NCBI GenBank assembly: GCA_041661385.1 | Contig: JBAZUP010000001.1 | Coordinates: 704,907 to 768,906, forward strand | Direction: 5' to 3' | DNA length: 64,000 bases | Source: Patescibacteria group bacterium | Lineage (GTDB): Bacteria > Patescibacteriota > Patescibacteriia > Magasanikbacterales > GWA2-37-8 | Part shown: piece after piece, positions 37,110 through 47,100 of the stretch | Numbering within the stretch: position 1 is the stretch's first letter | Layout: every line of letters starts with the position of its first letter | Notes under the pieces: generated by a model | Database searches by the model: none | The model's input: only the letters and a program-made list of their open reading frames with translations | What the model was told of the DNA's origin: nothing | Made by a program: the position numbers and the translations under genes

Positions 37110-37670
37110 TTAAATGTTCGAAGTAGCGGTGCCGTTGGCATTGTGAAATTTACGATCTTCTTCGGCGAGATCAAGAATATGCTGGCGCAAATGTTCAGGG
37201 TCGGGAACATTGGTAATCATAAATTTTTCAACGGCCCCGGCGGTTTGAATAAGCAAATCGCCAAAATCAAATAGTGATGGAATAAAACCGTTAATTGTTG
37301 AAGTTATATCCTGAATTTTGTATAAGTCAACTTCAGAAATGGTTCTAGAAAATACTCCTTCTTGTTCGATATGAAGCAAGCGGTCGTTTGTGATAACAAG
37401 TAAATCCAAATAAAAATTTACAAAATAGGTAAAGTAAAAAAGTCCGGCGGCGAGATAATATATCCCGGCAAGCAATGTTAAACAGACTATCAATATTTCG
37501 TTTTCAAATATATTTGCAAAATTGTGGGCGGCAAACCAATAAAAAACGGTTGGTAATAAAAGTAAAACTCCAAAAAATAATAAGGAAGGAACGGTGATTA
37601 TCGGGTGCTTACGAAGTTTGTAAACAATTTTCTCGTAAGTTTTTTGGTGGATAAAGGTTGAGAGTAGCAT
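37110..37670 (-). CDS. Bacterial PH-domain membrane protein
   Basis: Two TMs; ITNDR...EQ.G.F.R, IQD, FGDL.IQTAG. Confidence 0.75.
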   Translation of the reverse strand: MLLSTFIHQKTYEKIVYKLRKHPIITVPSLLFFGVLLLLPTVFYWFAAHNFANIFENEILIVCLTLLAGIYYLAAGLFYFTYFVNFYLDLLVITNDRLLHIEQEGVFSRTISEVDLYKIQDITSTINGFIPSLFDFGDLLIQTAGAVEKFMITNVPDPEHLRQHILDLAEEDRKFHNANGTATSNI

Positions 37671-37672
37671 AA

Positions 37673-37945
37673 TTATTGTCCGTTATCGAATGAGCTCGAG
37701 GCATTAATTATGCCGCCTAATTCAAATGAAAAAGGTTGATTCCATGGAAAATCGCTGACTAAATTCCAGGTGATGCTGATAACCGCAAAGGAATAAAATA
37801 AAAAAATGAAAGTAAAAATAAAGCTGGTAAGAGAAACTGCCCCGATTTTAAAAATGTGCCGAATGTTTATAAGGGTTAGTGAAAAGTGTATAAACAAATA
37901 AACACCAAACGGAATGAGAAGTAAGATTGGAGAAAAATTTAGCAT
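37673..37945 (-). CDS. Hypothetical membrane protein
   Basis: Two hydrophobic segments; abuts the next gene. Confidence 0.5.
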   Translation of the reverse strand: MLNFSPILLLIPFGVYLFIHFSLTLINIRHIFKIGAVSLTSFIFTFIFLFYSFAVISITWNLVSDFPWNQPFSFELGGIINASSSFDNGQ

Positions 37946-37993
37946 AGCGACTCCATTATAACAACAAAACCAAGAAATATGCAAAACCGCGCT

Positions 37994-38455
37994 TTAAAGC
38001 GCGGTTTTTTTATAAATATAGACTCCATTTATGAATAATAAGGTGGAGGTTGCGGCAGAAAACAAACAGTATAGGCAAAGCGCTTGGATAACAAAAATTT
38101 GCAGATAAAGAAAATATAATGAAGCAAGAATGCCGATGAAAGTATAGGCGGAAAGAAGGTGTAAGATTTTGATTATTTTAAGATCGAGAAACAACAGTGC
38201 TCCAAAAATAATCACCGAATAATAGGCGACACCTAGTAGTGCTAGCGGAACCGGACCAACAGTTGAATATTTACTAATTAAAACTGTGCCGCAGCCGGTG
38301 ACAACTGTGCAGACCGGAATAATGCCGCGGTAGTGCTCGATGGTAAGGTAGCTAGCGTCGAGAAAGCCGATAATACCGAGCAATAAAAATATTATCGCGC
38401 CAATCTTATCGATTTTCGGTAATGGCGGTGGCGACGTTTGTTTCAAGGTCTCCAT
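37994..38455 (-). CDS. Vitamin K epoxide reductase family protein
   Basis: C....GC..VL.S.YS, CLYC; next to dsbA. Confidence 0.9.
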   Translation of the reverse strand: METLKQTSPPPLPKIDKIGAIIFLLLGIIGFLDASYLTIEHYRGIIPVCTVVTGCGTVLISKYSTVGPVPLALLGVAYYSVIIFGALLFLDLKIIKILHLLSAYTFIGILASLYFLYLQIFVIQALCLYCLFSAATSTLLFINGVYIYKKTAL

Positions 38456-39128
38456 AAGTCTGTAAATTTAAAACTTTTCCGTTCAAAAAGAAAGTCGGTG
38501 TTCCTTGAATGCCAGAAGCGGAGCCGCTTGAAATATCTTTTTGAATTCGGTTTTCTACTTCAATACTTTTTAAATCGGAAATAAATTTTTCTTTATTTAA
38601 GCCAAGTTGTACAGCGTAATCAGCAAATATTTTTTCTGGTTCGGGAGCTACAGTCCAAGTCGTTTGATTGTCAAATAACTTATCATGCATTTCCCAGAAT
38701 TTACCTTGAGCTGACGCCGCTTCTGAAGCACGTGCGGCAAGATCGCTTTTGTCATGAGAAGGAAGCGGGAAGTGGCGGTAAACAAGTAAAATATCTTTAC
38801 CGTATTTTTGCTCCACAGTTTTTACTACCGGATAAAACTGTCCACATGCCGGACACTGAAAGTCGCTATATTCAACCAAAACAACTTTGGAGGCGAGGTT
38901 TCCTTTGGTATGGTCTGTTGCTGAAACTGGTTCAGAAAGGGGAGTTGTATTATTGGTAGAAGTTGGGGCTCCAAATTTAGCTAGTCCCCAAACCATGCCG
39001 ACTAAAGCGATTAAAATACCACCCCAGAGACCAAGGCGTTTTAAAAGGATTAGTTGTTTTTCTCGTGATTCTTTTTTCCTTAATTCTTCAATCCGTTTTT
39101 CTTGATCGGTTTTAGTATTATTTTCCAT
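38406..39128 (-). CDS. DsbA-family thiol-disulfide oxidoreductase
   Basis: EYSDFQCPAC, YRHFPL, GTPTFF.NG. Confidence 0.9.
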   Translation of the reverse strand: MENNTKTDQEKRIEELRKKESREKQLILLKRLGLWGGILIALVGMVWGLAKFGAPTSTNNTTPLSEPVSATDHTKGNLASKVVLVEYSDFQCPACGQFYPVVKTVEQKYGKDILLVYRHFPLPSHDKSDLAARASEAASAQGKFWEMHDKLFDNQTTWTVAPEPEKIFADYAVQLGLNKEKFISDLKSIEVENRIQKDISSGSASGIQGTPTFFLNGKVLNLQTYGDLETNVATAITENR

Positions 39129-39220
39129 ATAATTACTAATTATTATGACTTTGATATTATACTCTGGGGTACTAAAATAACAACCCCCCACGGAAATTGT
39201 GAGGGGTTGTGAAAATATTT

Positions 39221-40291
39221 TTAAGCTTCTTCCGGTGGCGGTACTGTTTCGTCACCTGCTGGAGATTCTTCTTCCGGTGGTTCACCTTTTTCAACTACTT
39301 CTAGAACTTGCTTGCGAATCTTATCTAATAGTTTGGGGTTGTCTCTTAAATATTTTTTGGCGGTTTCACGACCGACGCCGAGTTTTTCTTCACCATACAG
39401 GTAAGAGTTACCTTTTTTGTCTACTACTTTATAGGTAACGGCCGTATCAAGCGTATCGCCAGAAACCGAAATGCCTTCGTTATACATAATATCAAACTCA
39501 CAAGTGCGGAACGGAGCGGCAACTTTATTTTTAACGATCTTTACTTTTACCCGATTGCCGATAATTTTGTCGCCTTGTTTGATTTGAGCGGCGCGACGGA
39601 TTTCAATTCGAACTGAAGCGTAAAATTTGAGAGCGACGCCACCGGTAGTAGTTTCGGGATTGCCAAAGACAATGCCGATCTTCATGCGGGTCTGGTTAAT
39701 GAATACTACTAAGGTTTTGGATTTACTCACAATGCCGGTGAGCTTGCGGAGCGCCTGGCTCATGAGGCGAGCCTGTAGGCCCATGTGGCTATCACCCATT
39801 TCACCTTCGATTTCTGCTTTTGGTACCAGTGCGGCTACTGAGTCAACCACAATTACATCTACAGCGTTTGATCGAACCAGGGTTTCAACGATTTCAAGAG
39901 CTTGTTCACCGGTATCAGGTTGTGAGATTAAAAGTTCATCAACCTTAACGCCAATTTTGCGAGCATAATCCGGATCAAGCGCGTGTTCAGCATCAACATA
40001 CGCGGCAATGCCGCCCATTTTTTGAACTTCTGAAACGATGTGTTGGGCGAGAGTGCTTTTACCACTGGCTTCCGGTCCATAAATTTCGACAATTCTTCCG
40101 CGTGGTACGCCAAATACCCCTAGGGCAATATCCACAGAGAGGCAGCCGGTTGGCACCACATCTACATCCATGGATCGGTTGTCGCCAAATTTCATTATAG
40201 ATCCTTCGCCAAAACGAGTTCGAATTTGTTCGATCGCGCTTTCAGCCGCTTTTAATTTCTCCTTTACTTCATCACTGATTTGCTTAGCCAT
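39221..40291 (-). CDS. recA: Recombinase A
   Basis: [35 protein letters not shown]. Confidence 0.98.
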   Translation of the reverse strand: MAKQISDEVKEKLKAAESAIEQIRTRFGEGSIMKFGDNRSMDVDVVPTGCLSVDIALGVFGVPRGRIVEIYGPEASGKSTLAQHIVSEVQKMGGIAAYVDAEHALDPDYARKIGVKVDELLISQPDTGEQALEIVETLVRSNAVDVIVVDSVAALVPKAEIEGEMGDSHMGLQARLMSQALRKLTGIVSKSKTLVVFINQTRMKIGIVFGNPETTTGGVALKFYASVRIEIRRAAQIKQGDKIIGNRVKVKIVKNKVAAPFRTCEFDIMYNEGISVSGDTLDTAVTYKVVDKKGNSYLYGEEKLGVGRETAKKYLRDNPKLLDKIRKQVLEVVEKGEPPEEESPAGDETVPPPEEA

Positions 40292-40310
40292 AATATAGTA
40301 TTATCTCCTT

Positions 40311-41012
40311 TTAATTATTTTTTAAAGTTAAGGGTTCGTGTCCGGCAGGTAATTTTACCACAATGTGTCTTGTGATGGTAGAGGTTTTGCCGTGTTTTTT
40401 GGTTGCAGAAATTTGAATAGTATTTACCCCGGCGCTAAGATCGATTTGGGCGGAGAATCTACCTTCTTCGTTGACCATTACTTCGGCGCCATTTATTGTC
40501 AGGCGGGACTCTTTTTCAGTTTCTCCTTCAATAACGGTATGAGCGCTCGTTGCGACCAATCCTTCAATTGGCGAAAAAATTGCTAGCTGGGGCGGTTGTA
40601 AAATTCCGCGTACTTGCCAGATAAGATAGCCGGCAAAGACTATTACCATGGCGAAAGCGGCAAAATTACGGACAAAAATAGAAATGGAAGCAAAAGGAAA
40701 AAGACGAACGCCGCGCCTTGGATGACTTAGGTTTGCGTCGGCTAATCCAAATTCATTTTCAAATTGTTCAGTGCAATCGACGGGAGAAAGTTGAAATATT
40801 TTGGCGACTTCTCGAACATAAGCGAGGCGATGCGCTTTGGCTTCAGGAAGTTTTGAATATTGTCCGTTTTCTAATGCCTCCAAATATTTTAGAGGAATTC
40901 GGGTAAGCTTAGAAACAGAAATTAAATCAAGGCCGCGATCTTCTCGGGTCATTCGTATTTTATCTCCCAATCGTACTGCTGGGGTCATTTTTTTGATGCA
41001 GAAGATTGTCAT
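40311..41012 (-). CDS. RodZ-like HTH membrane protein with Ig-like C-terminus
   Basis: LG...R..RE, I..KYLEALENG.Y..LP, TM, L..G.N.I. Confidence 0.75.
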   Translation of the reverse strand: MTIFCIKKMTPAVRLGDKIRMTREDRGLDLISVSKLTRIPLKYLEALENGQYSKLPEAKAHRLAYVREVAKIFQLSPVDCTEQFENEFGLADANLSHPRRGVRLFPFASISIFVRNFAAFAMVIVFAGYLIWQVRGILQPPQLAIFSPIEGLVATSAHTVIEGETEKESRLTINGAEVMVNEEGRFSAQIDLSAGVNTIQISATKKHGKTSTITRHIVVKLPAGHEPLTLKNN

Positions 41013-43300
41013 ATTTTTTCTTCTTCGCTGTCGGATTTTGGTTCAGTGAGAACTACTCCGCCAGAATCTAAAGTTTGTTCGTTGACTGGCATTTCTTCCG
41101 GTGGCGCATCCATTAGGTGTTCGGTAAATACTTCGCGAGGCTTGGCTCCGATGCCTGGACCTACTATACCAGCATCCTCTAATTGGTCAAGGATTTTTGC
41201 CGCTCTCGCATATCCGATACTGAGCCGGCGTTGTAAATAAGTAGCGCTTGCCTTGCCGCTTTCCAATACTTCATTTTTTGCTTCTTCAAACATTGGATCG
41301 TGAGCGTCCGATGGGCCGCCAAATAAATTCATTGTGCCACCGCCGCCAATTTTTTCAACGATAGCTTCGTTGTATTGTGGCGGCTCGTCACCGCGAACAA
41401 ATTTTACAATATCTTTTATTTCATTGACGGTAATAAATGCGCCCTGAAGACGTTTGGGCGCGCTCATATCCGTAGTCTGATAAAGCATATCGCCGTTGCC
41501 AAGAAGTTTGTCGGCACCAGCCGCGTCTAAAATAGTACGTGAATCAATAACAGATTTTAATTTGAAAGAAATACGTCCCGGCATATTGGCCTTCATGAGA
41601 CCGGTAATAACATCCGCGCTTGGCCTTTGAGTCGCTACTACCAAATGAATGCCCGCCGCCCGTCCTTTTTGAGCAAGACGAACGATACTGGATTCAGCAT
41701 CTGCAGCAGTTTGATGCATTAATTCCGCCCATTCATCTACCGCTAGTACAAGGTACGGCATTGTTTCTTGAGATTGTTTGTTAAACTCCTCAATATCTCT
41801 GGTGCCGGAGAGAGCAATCGCGCTAAATCGTCTTTCCATTTCGGTAATTAGCCAGCGTAAAGCATTTACCGCCTTGTTGGCTTCGACTATAACTGGAGTT
41901 AATAAATGTGGAATACCGTTGTACGGAATAAATTCAACTTGTTTCGGATCGATCATAATAAAACGCAAAGTCTCGGGAGTATTTTGAAAAAGTAAACTTG
42001 AAATAATAATATTCATGCAGACCGTTTTGCCAGACCGGGTTGTGCCGGCGACCAAAAGGTGAGGCATTTTTGTTAGATCAACAATATTAACTTTTCCAGC
42101 CACATCTTTTCCGAGCGGTAGCGTCATTTTATTTTCGCGATTTTTAAATTCTTTACTTTCAAGCAGTTCATGAAGAGTGACAGTAGCTTTTTTTTGATTC
42201 GGCACTTCAATACCAACTAAAGATTTACCGGGAATGGGCGCTTCAATGCGAACGGTATCGGCGGCGAGCGCCATCGCAAGATTAGAATTTAAACCGGTGA
42301 TTTTAGACAATTTAATTCCATCGTAAGGTTTTAAAGAATATTGAGTGACGGTAGGTCCGACCTGTACTTCGCCCATTTCCACTTCAATATCGAAGTTCTT
42401 TAAAGTGTTTTTAATTATTTCTGCGTTAGCCGTAATATCTCCAGAAGTTGGTTTGCTTTTTGAAGTTTGTAAAATACCCAAAGGCGGGAGTCGGTAATTT
42501 GAATTTGGTTTGGAAAGAACAATTTTTTCTTGGGGGCTATTTTCTTCTTCAATTTGCTCTTCTTCTTTTTCAATCGTTTCTTCTTCATCTGCATTTTCAA
42601 CGGCACTAATTTTGTGGCGCGCAAATTCTCGTTCTTCCTCTTCAACTTTTTCTTCCTCAACTTCTTTCGGCAAAACTTTTTCATAATCGCCATTGATAGC
42701 GAATTTTACTTTTTCTTTGCGGAACGTTTCAAAAAAAGCAATTATTTGTTTTCCGATCCAACCAAACATCAAAAATACTTTTTTATTTAATTCGACAATT
42801 CTTGCGAGTGAAGTGTTAAAAATAAAAATGATAGAAGCTAACCAAAGACCAAATAAAATAATCGCGGCGCCCCAATAAGATACATAAGTAAGAAGCGGCC
42901 AAGCAAGGGCGAGGCCAACTAAGCCGCCGCCTTCACCTTGAAGGGCTAGATCAACCATTTTGTCTAAGGGCTTTTGTAAATGAACTAAACCATTAAAACT
43001 TAGAAAAAACATTACGCTACCGATAAGGTGAGTGGATCGGTAGGAATATTCCATGTCTTTAATAAGAAGTACACCAACAATAAGTAAAATAAAGGGAAAA
43101 ACATAACGAACCTGGCCAAAGGTAATCGCAAGGAGTGAGTCTAGAAAATGGCCAAGAACACCGGCCAATGAAAAAAAGCTAAGAATTGATAAACCGCCAA
43201 TAATAAAAAGGATAATAGAAATAAGACCGCGGCTAACGTCGGCTTCTAATAAATTTTCTTGTTTTGGTGGCCTGGCCTGGTATTGGCGGTAACGGGTCAT
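41009..43300 (-). CDS. ftsK: DNA translocase FtsK/SpoIIIE
   Basis: 4-TM N-terminus, RIEAPIPGK, MPHLLVAG, ATQRPS, gamma domain LQRRL.IGY.RAA. Confidence 0.95.
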   Translation of the reverse strand: MTRYRQYQARPPKQENLLEADVSRGLISIILFIIGGLSILSFFSLAGVLGHFLDSLLAITFGQVRYVFPFILLIVGVLLIKDMEYSYRSTHLIGSVMFFLSFNGLVHLQKPLDKMVDLALQGEGGGLVGLALAWPLLTYVSYWGAAIILFGLWLASIIFIFNTSLARIVELNKKVFLMFGWIGKQIIAFFETFRKEKVKFAINGDYEKVLPKEVEEEKVEEEEREFARHKISAVENADEEETIEKEEEQIEEENSPQEKIVLSKPNSNYRLPPLGILQTSKSKPTSGDITANAEIIKNTLKNFDIEVEMGEVQVGPTVTQYSLKPYDGIKLSKITGLNSNLAMALAADTVRIEAPIPGKSLVGIEVPNQKKATVTLHELLESKEFKNRENKMTLPLGKDVAGKVNIVDLTKMPHLLVAGTTRSGKTVCMNIIISSLLFQNTPETLRFIMIDPKQVEFIPYNGIPHLLTPVIVEANKAVNALRWLITEMERRFSAIALSGTRDIEEFNKQSQETMPYLVLAVDEWAELMHQTAADAESSIVRLAQKGRAAGIHLVVATQRPSADVITGLMKANMPGRISFKLKSVIDSRTILDAAGADKLLGNGDMLYQTTDMSAPKRLQGAFITVNEIKDIVKFVRGDEPPQYNEAIVEKIGGGGTMNLFGGPSDAHDPMFEEAKNEVLESGKASATYLQRRLSIGYARAAKILDQLEDAGIVGPGIGAKPREVFTEHLMDAPPEEMPVNEQTLDSGGVVLTEPKSDSEEEKI

Positions 43301-43331
43301 AGTTTGACTAGTATACCATAAAAATTATCAA

Positions 43332-43418
43332 ATCCCAATGACCAATTACCAATAAAAACCGTAATTTCCAATGCCTCATTTTAAAATAGTTTGGGCATTG
43401 AAAATTGGGTATTGGGGT
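43332..43418. repeat. Second inverted array of degenerate 7-mers
   Basis: ATCCCAA TGACCAA TTACCAA ... TTGGGCA TTGAAAA TTGGGTA TTGGGGT. Confidence 0.65.
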
Positions 43419-43420
43419 TT

Positions 43421-43627
43421 AAAAAATTCCTATCATTAGGAATTTTTGTATTCTTTCCCTGCTACACTGCGAGAAGAGTTGGCTGTCCTAATACGCAAAT
43501 AGAATCTTGAAAACGTTACCTTAACGTATATAAAATAGTTAAAGGCAATAGAGAGGTGTTTTTTTGAAAAAATTTGGATGTGACGGCAACGCTTTCGCAG
43601 TTGAGCAGAGAAAAAATCATTTTTATC
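43421..43627 (-). ncRNA. Candidate ~200-nt rod-shaped ncRNA, 6S-RNA-like
   Basis: Own promoter and terminator; 43451-43487 pairs with 43582-43616 with G-U pairs on the minus strand; apical stem and weakly paired centre. Confidence 0.6.
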
Positions 43628-43633
43628 TACTAC

Positions 43634-43734
43634 ATTTTAGAAGTGAATAATATTACTGTCAACTGTGTATAAGTCGGTCATAATTATTATTTCGGCCGCG
43701 ATGCCAATATTGATAAACGAAGGCCTGTGGATAA
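43634..43734 (-). promoter_or_regulatory. Promoter of the candidate ncRNA with DnaA-box-like sites
   Basis: Minus-strand TTGACA (43657-62)-N17-TAAAAT; TTATACACA (43664-72), TTATCCACA (43726-34), TTATTCACT (43642-50). Confidence 0.6.
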
Positions 43735-43827
43735 CATTTATTCAATATAATTGTTATTAGTCCGGATTTGCCTAGTTTTAGCCATAATTAATTAAATTCT
43801 TGACAAGCTTAAGAAGTCGTATATTGC

Positions 43828-44070
43828 TTGACAATAAGCCAAAATAAAGGTAAAATGCGGTAAGCTTTTTAAAAATAATTTCGCGGTAGACGAATTTTGG
43901 CTAACATTAGCCTAAATTGTTTACTACGATAAATTCATTTGGTTCGTCACGAAAGGCGGACTGAATGCAAGGTAACCAAAACTTCATGTCCAAGTTGTCG
44001 TCAACCTTGCTCATTTGGCTGAAAATACAGTAAATCTAGGTAGAAATCCGTTGCCCACCGGGCTTTTTTT
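43828..44070 (+). promoter_or_regulatory. rpoB promoter and long structured leader
   Basis: TTGACA-N17-TAAAAT; successive hairpins; GCCC-ACC-GGGC-T7. Confidence 0.55.
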
Positions 44071-44107
44071 CGTTATTAATAACCTTTTTTAATAATTTTA
44101 CTTGACT

Positions 44108-47100
44108 ATGCCTCCAATTTTTAAACACCGCCGGGTTAAAAATGCTGAGCGCAAATTCTTATCGCCTGTCAGCACCATGCCGACCCCGGATCTCATCGAG
44201 ATCCAAAAAAACTCTTACGACTGGTTTTTGAAATACGGTATCAAGGAACTTTTTGATGAAGTTTCTCCGATTACTGATTTTACCGGCCGCGACCTTGAGC
44301 TTTACATGGAAGATTATTATTTGGACGAACCGCGTTTTGACGAAAAGACTTGCCGCGAACGAAATATTACTTTCGAAGCTCCGCTGCGTGTTACCACCAG
44401 ACTTTCCAACAAACGAACTGCTAAAAGTAAATCACAAGAAATTTATCTTGGTGACGTACCGGTCATGACCGAACGCGGAACTTTTGTTATTAACGGTATC
44501 GAGCGTGTTGTTGTTTCTCAGCTCATCCGCAGTGCCGGTGCTTTCTTCACCGCTGAAAATGTTCGTGGTCGCCGCTACTACGGAGCCAAAATTATTCCGA
44601 ATCGCGGTGCTTGGATCGAAATTGAAACCGACCAGAACAATGTTATCTGGATTAAGGTTGATCGCAAGCGTAAAGTTGCTGCCACTTCACTACTTCGCGC
44701 TTTTGGTCACGAAACCGACGAAAAATTAATGGAACTTTTCAAGGATGTAAACAATCATCCTAATATTGATTTTGTAGATGCGACTATCAAGAAAGATCTC
44801 GCCAAAAATATGGACGAAGGTCTTATTGAAGTTTATAAGAGAATTAGACCTGGCGACCTCGCTACTGCTGATAACGCCAAGAGTCTTATTTACGCCATGT
44901 TTTTCAATTTTGAACGTTATGATCTCGGTCGCGTCGGTGTCTATAAATTCAATACCAAATTTGATTTGAATTATACCGCCGAAGATTACGAGAAAAAAGA
45001 AAATCGCATTTTGTCCGCTGAAAAATTATTGCTTGTTTTGAAAGAAGTTGTTCGTTTGAATATCTCTCAAGATGAACCGGATGATGTTGACCACCTTGGC
45101 AATCGCCGCGTACGCGCCGTGGGTGAGCTTACCCAAAATCGTTTTCGCGTCGGTCTTGCTCGTATGGAGCGTATCATCAAGGACCGCATGAGCACTTATG
45201 AATTAGAACAGCTCACTCCAAACAAGCTTATCAATGCTCGCCCGGTTACTTCGGCCATCCGCGAGTTCTTCATGAGTTCACAACTTTCGCAATTCATGGA
45301 TCAAACCAACCCGCTCGCTGAACTTGAACACAAGCGCCGTCTTTCGGCTCTTGGACCTGGTGGTTTATCTCGTGATCGCGCCGGCTTCGAAGTGCGTGAT
45401 GTGCATACCACTCACTATGGCCGCATTTGCCCGATCGCCACTCCAGAAGGTCCGAATATCGGTCTTGTTAACCATTTATCCAGTTTTGCCCGTATCAATG
45501 AATTTGGTTTTATTGAAACTCCTTACCGCAAAGTTTTGCGCGAAGTAGAAAACAATCCAAAACTTACCGAAGGTGAAATACTTCGCGGTGAAGTTGGCGG
45601 TTTTAAAAATGATACCGAAATTACCAAAGAAGTTGCTGAAAAACTTGGAAAATTAAAACTCAAAACAATTCCAGTAAAACCTCGTCTCACAAGTGAGATA
45701 GTTTACATGAATTCTTTCAAAGAAGAAAAAATTATTTCTTCATCCGCTAGTGTAAAAACAGACGCGAAAGGCTACTTCACACAGGAAAGCGTACCAGCGA
45801 GACGTTTCAGTCATGCTGGCGTTGCCAACACTGTTGATCTTGAATATGTCGACGTTGCTTCCAATCAAATTGTCAGCATCGCGACCTCTTGTATTCCTTT
45901 CCTTGAACACGACGACGCGACCCGCGCTCTCATGGGTACAAACATGCAGCGCCAAGCGGTGCCTTGTATTCGCCCAGAAGCGCCATTTGTCGGTACTGGT
46001 ATGGAACGCGAAGCCGCTTTGTATTCAGGCCACATGGTAGTAGCCGAAGCAGATGGTGAAATTACTGAAGTAGACGGCAGTCATATTGTGCTTACATCTA
46101 AAAAGGGCGACAAGCACACTTATCATTTAAATAAATTCAAACGATCTAATCATTCCACTTGTATCGATCAGCATCCAGTTGTTGATTTGGGAGAAAAAGT
46201 TAAAAAAGGTCAGCCGCTTTCCGATGGTCCTTCCATTCGTGAAGGTGAAGTTGCTCTTGGTCAGAATGTGTTGGTCGCTTATATGGTTTGGGATGGTTTC
46301 AACTACGAAGACGCGGTCATTATTTCCGAACGTCTTGTTCAGGCGAACGGCTACAGCTCAATCCATATTGAAGATTATACAATTGATGTTTCTGAAACTA
46401 AGCTTGGACCGGAAGTAGTAACATCTGACATTCCAAACGTTAGTGAAGAAAAATTAAAGAATCTCGATAGCGAAGGTATTATCCGCATTGGCGCCGAAGT
46501 AAAATCCGGCGACATTTTGGTGGGTAAGATTACTCCTAAAGGTGAAACTGAACTTTCTCCAGAAGAAAGATTACTTCGCGCCATCTTTGGTGACAAAGCC
46601 CGCGATGTTCGCGATTCATCTTTGTATTTAGAACACGGTGAACACGGCAAGGTTATCGATATTAAAATCTTCTCATCAGAAAATGGTGACAAGCTTGAAC
46701 CGGGAGTTATTAAACAAGTTCAAGTAACAGTTGCTGACTTGCGCAAAATTCAAGTTGGCGACAAGATGGCCGGTCGTCATGGAAACAAAGGTGTCGTATC
46801 TAAAGTTGTTCCAGTTGAAGAAATGCCTTTCCTTGAAGACGGTACTCCGGTTGATATCATTCTTTCACCGCTCGGTGTTATTTCCCGTATGAACCTCGGA
46901 CAGCTCCTCGAAACCCACCTTGGGCTTGCAGCGAACGCCCTTGGTTATAAGGCCGCTACTCCGGTTTTGAACGGTATTACCGAAGAACAAATCAAAGAAG
47001 AATTAAAGAAAGCTGGCTTCCCGACCAACGGACAAGTCCAACTTTTTGATGGTCGCACCGGTGAATCATTCGATCACCAGACCACCATCGGCTATAACTA

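Noticed and set aside
38406-38455. 50-nt overlap between dsbA and the VKOR gene as a possible frameshifted fusion
   Set aside because: Both ORFs look complete, with no slippery site or codon anomaly; the pairing is a known functional module
42020-42060. FtsK Walker A reading GTTRSGKT instead of GxTGSGKS
   Set aside because: Still fits GxxxxGK[ST] and the other motifs are intact, so no evidence of inactivation
45270-45400. Rifampicin-resistance substitutions in RpoB
   Set aside because: Cluster I (SQFMDQ...HKRRLSALG) has the usual residues
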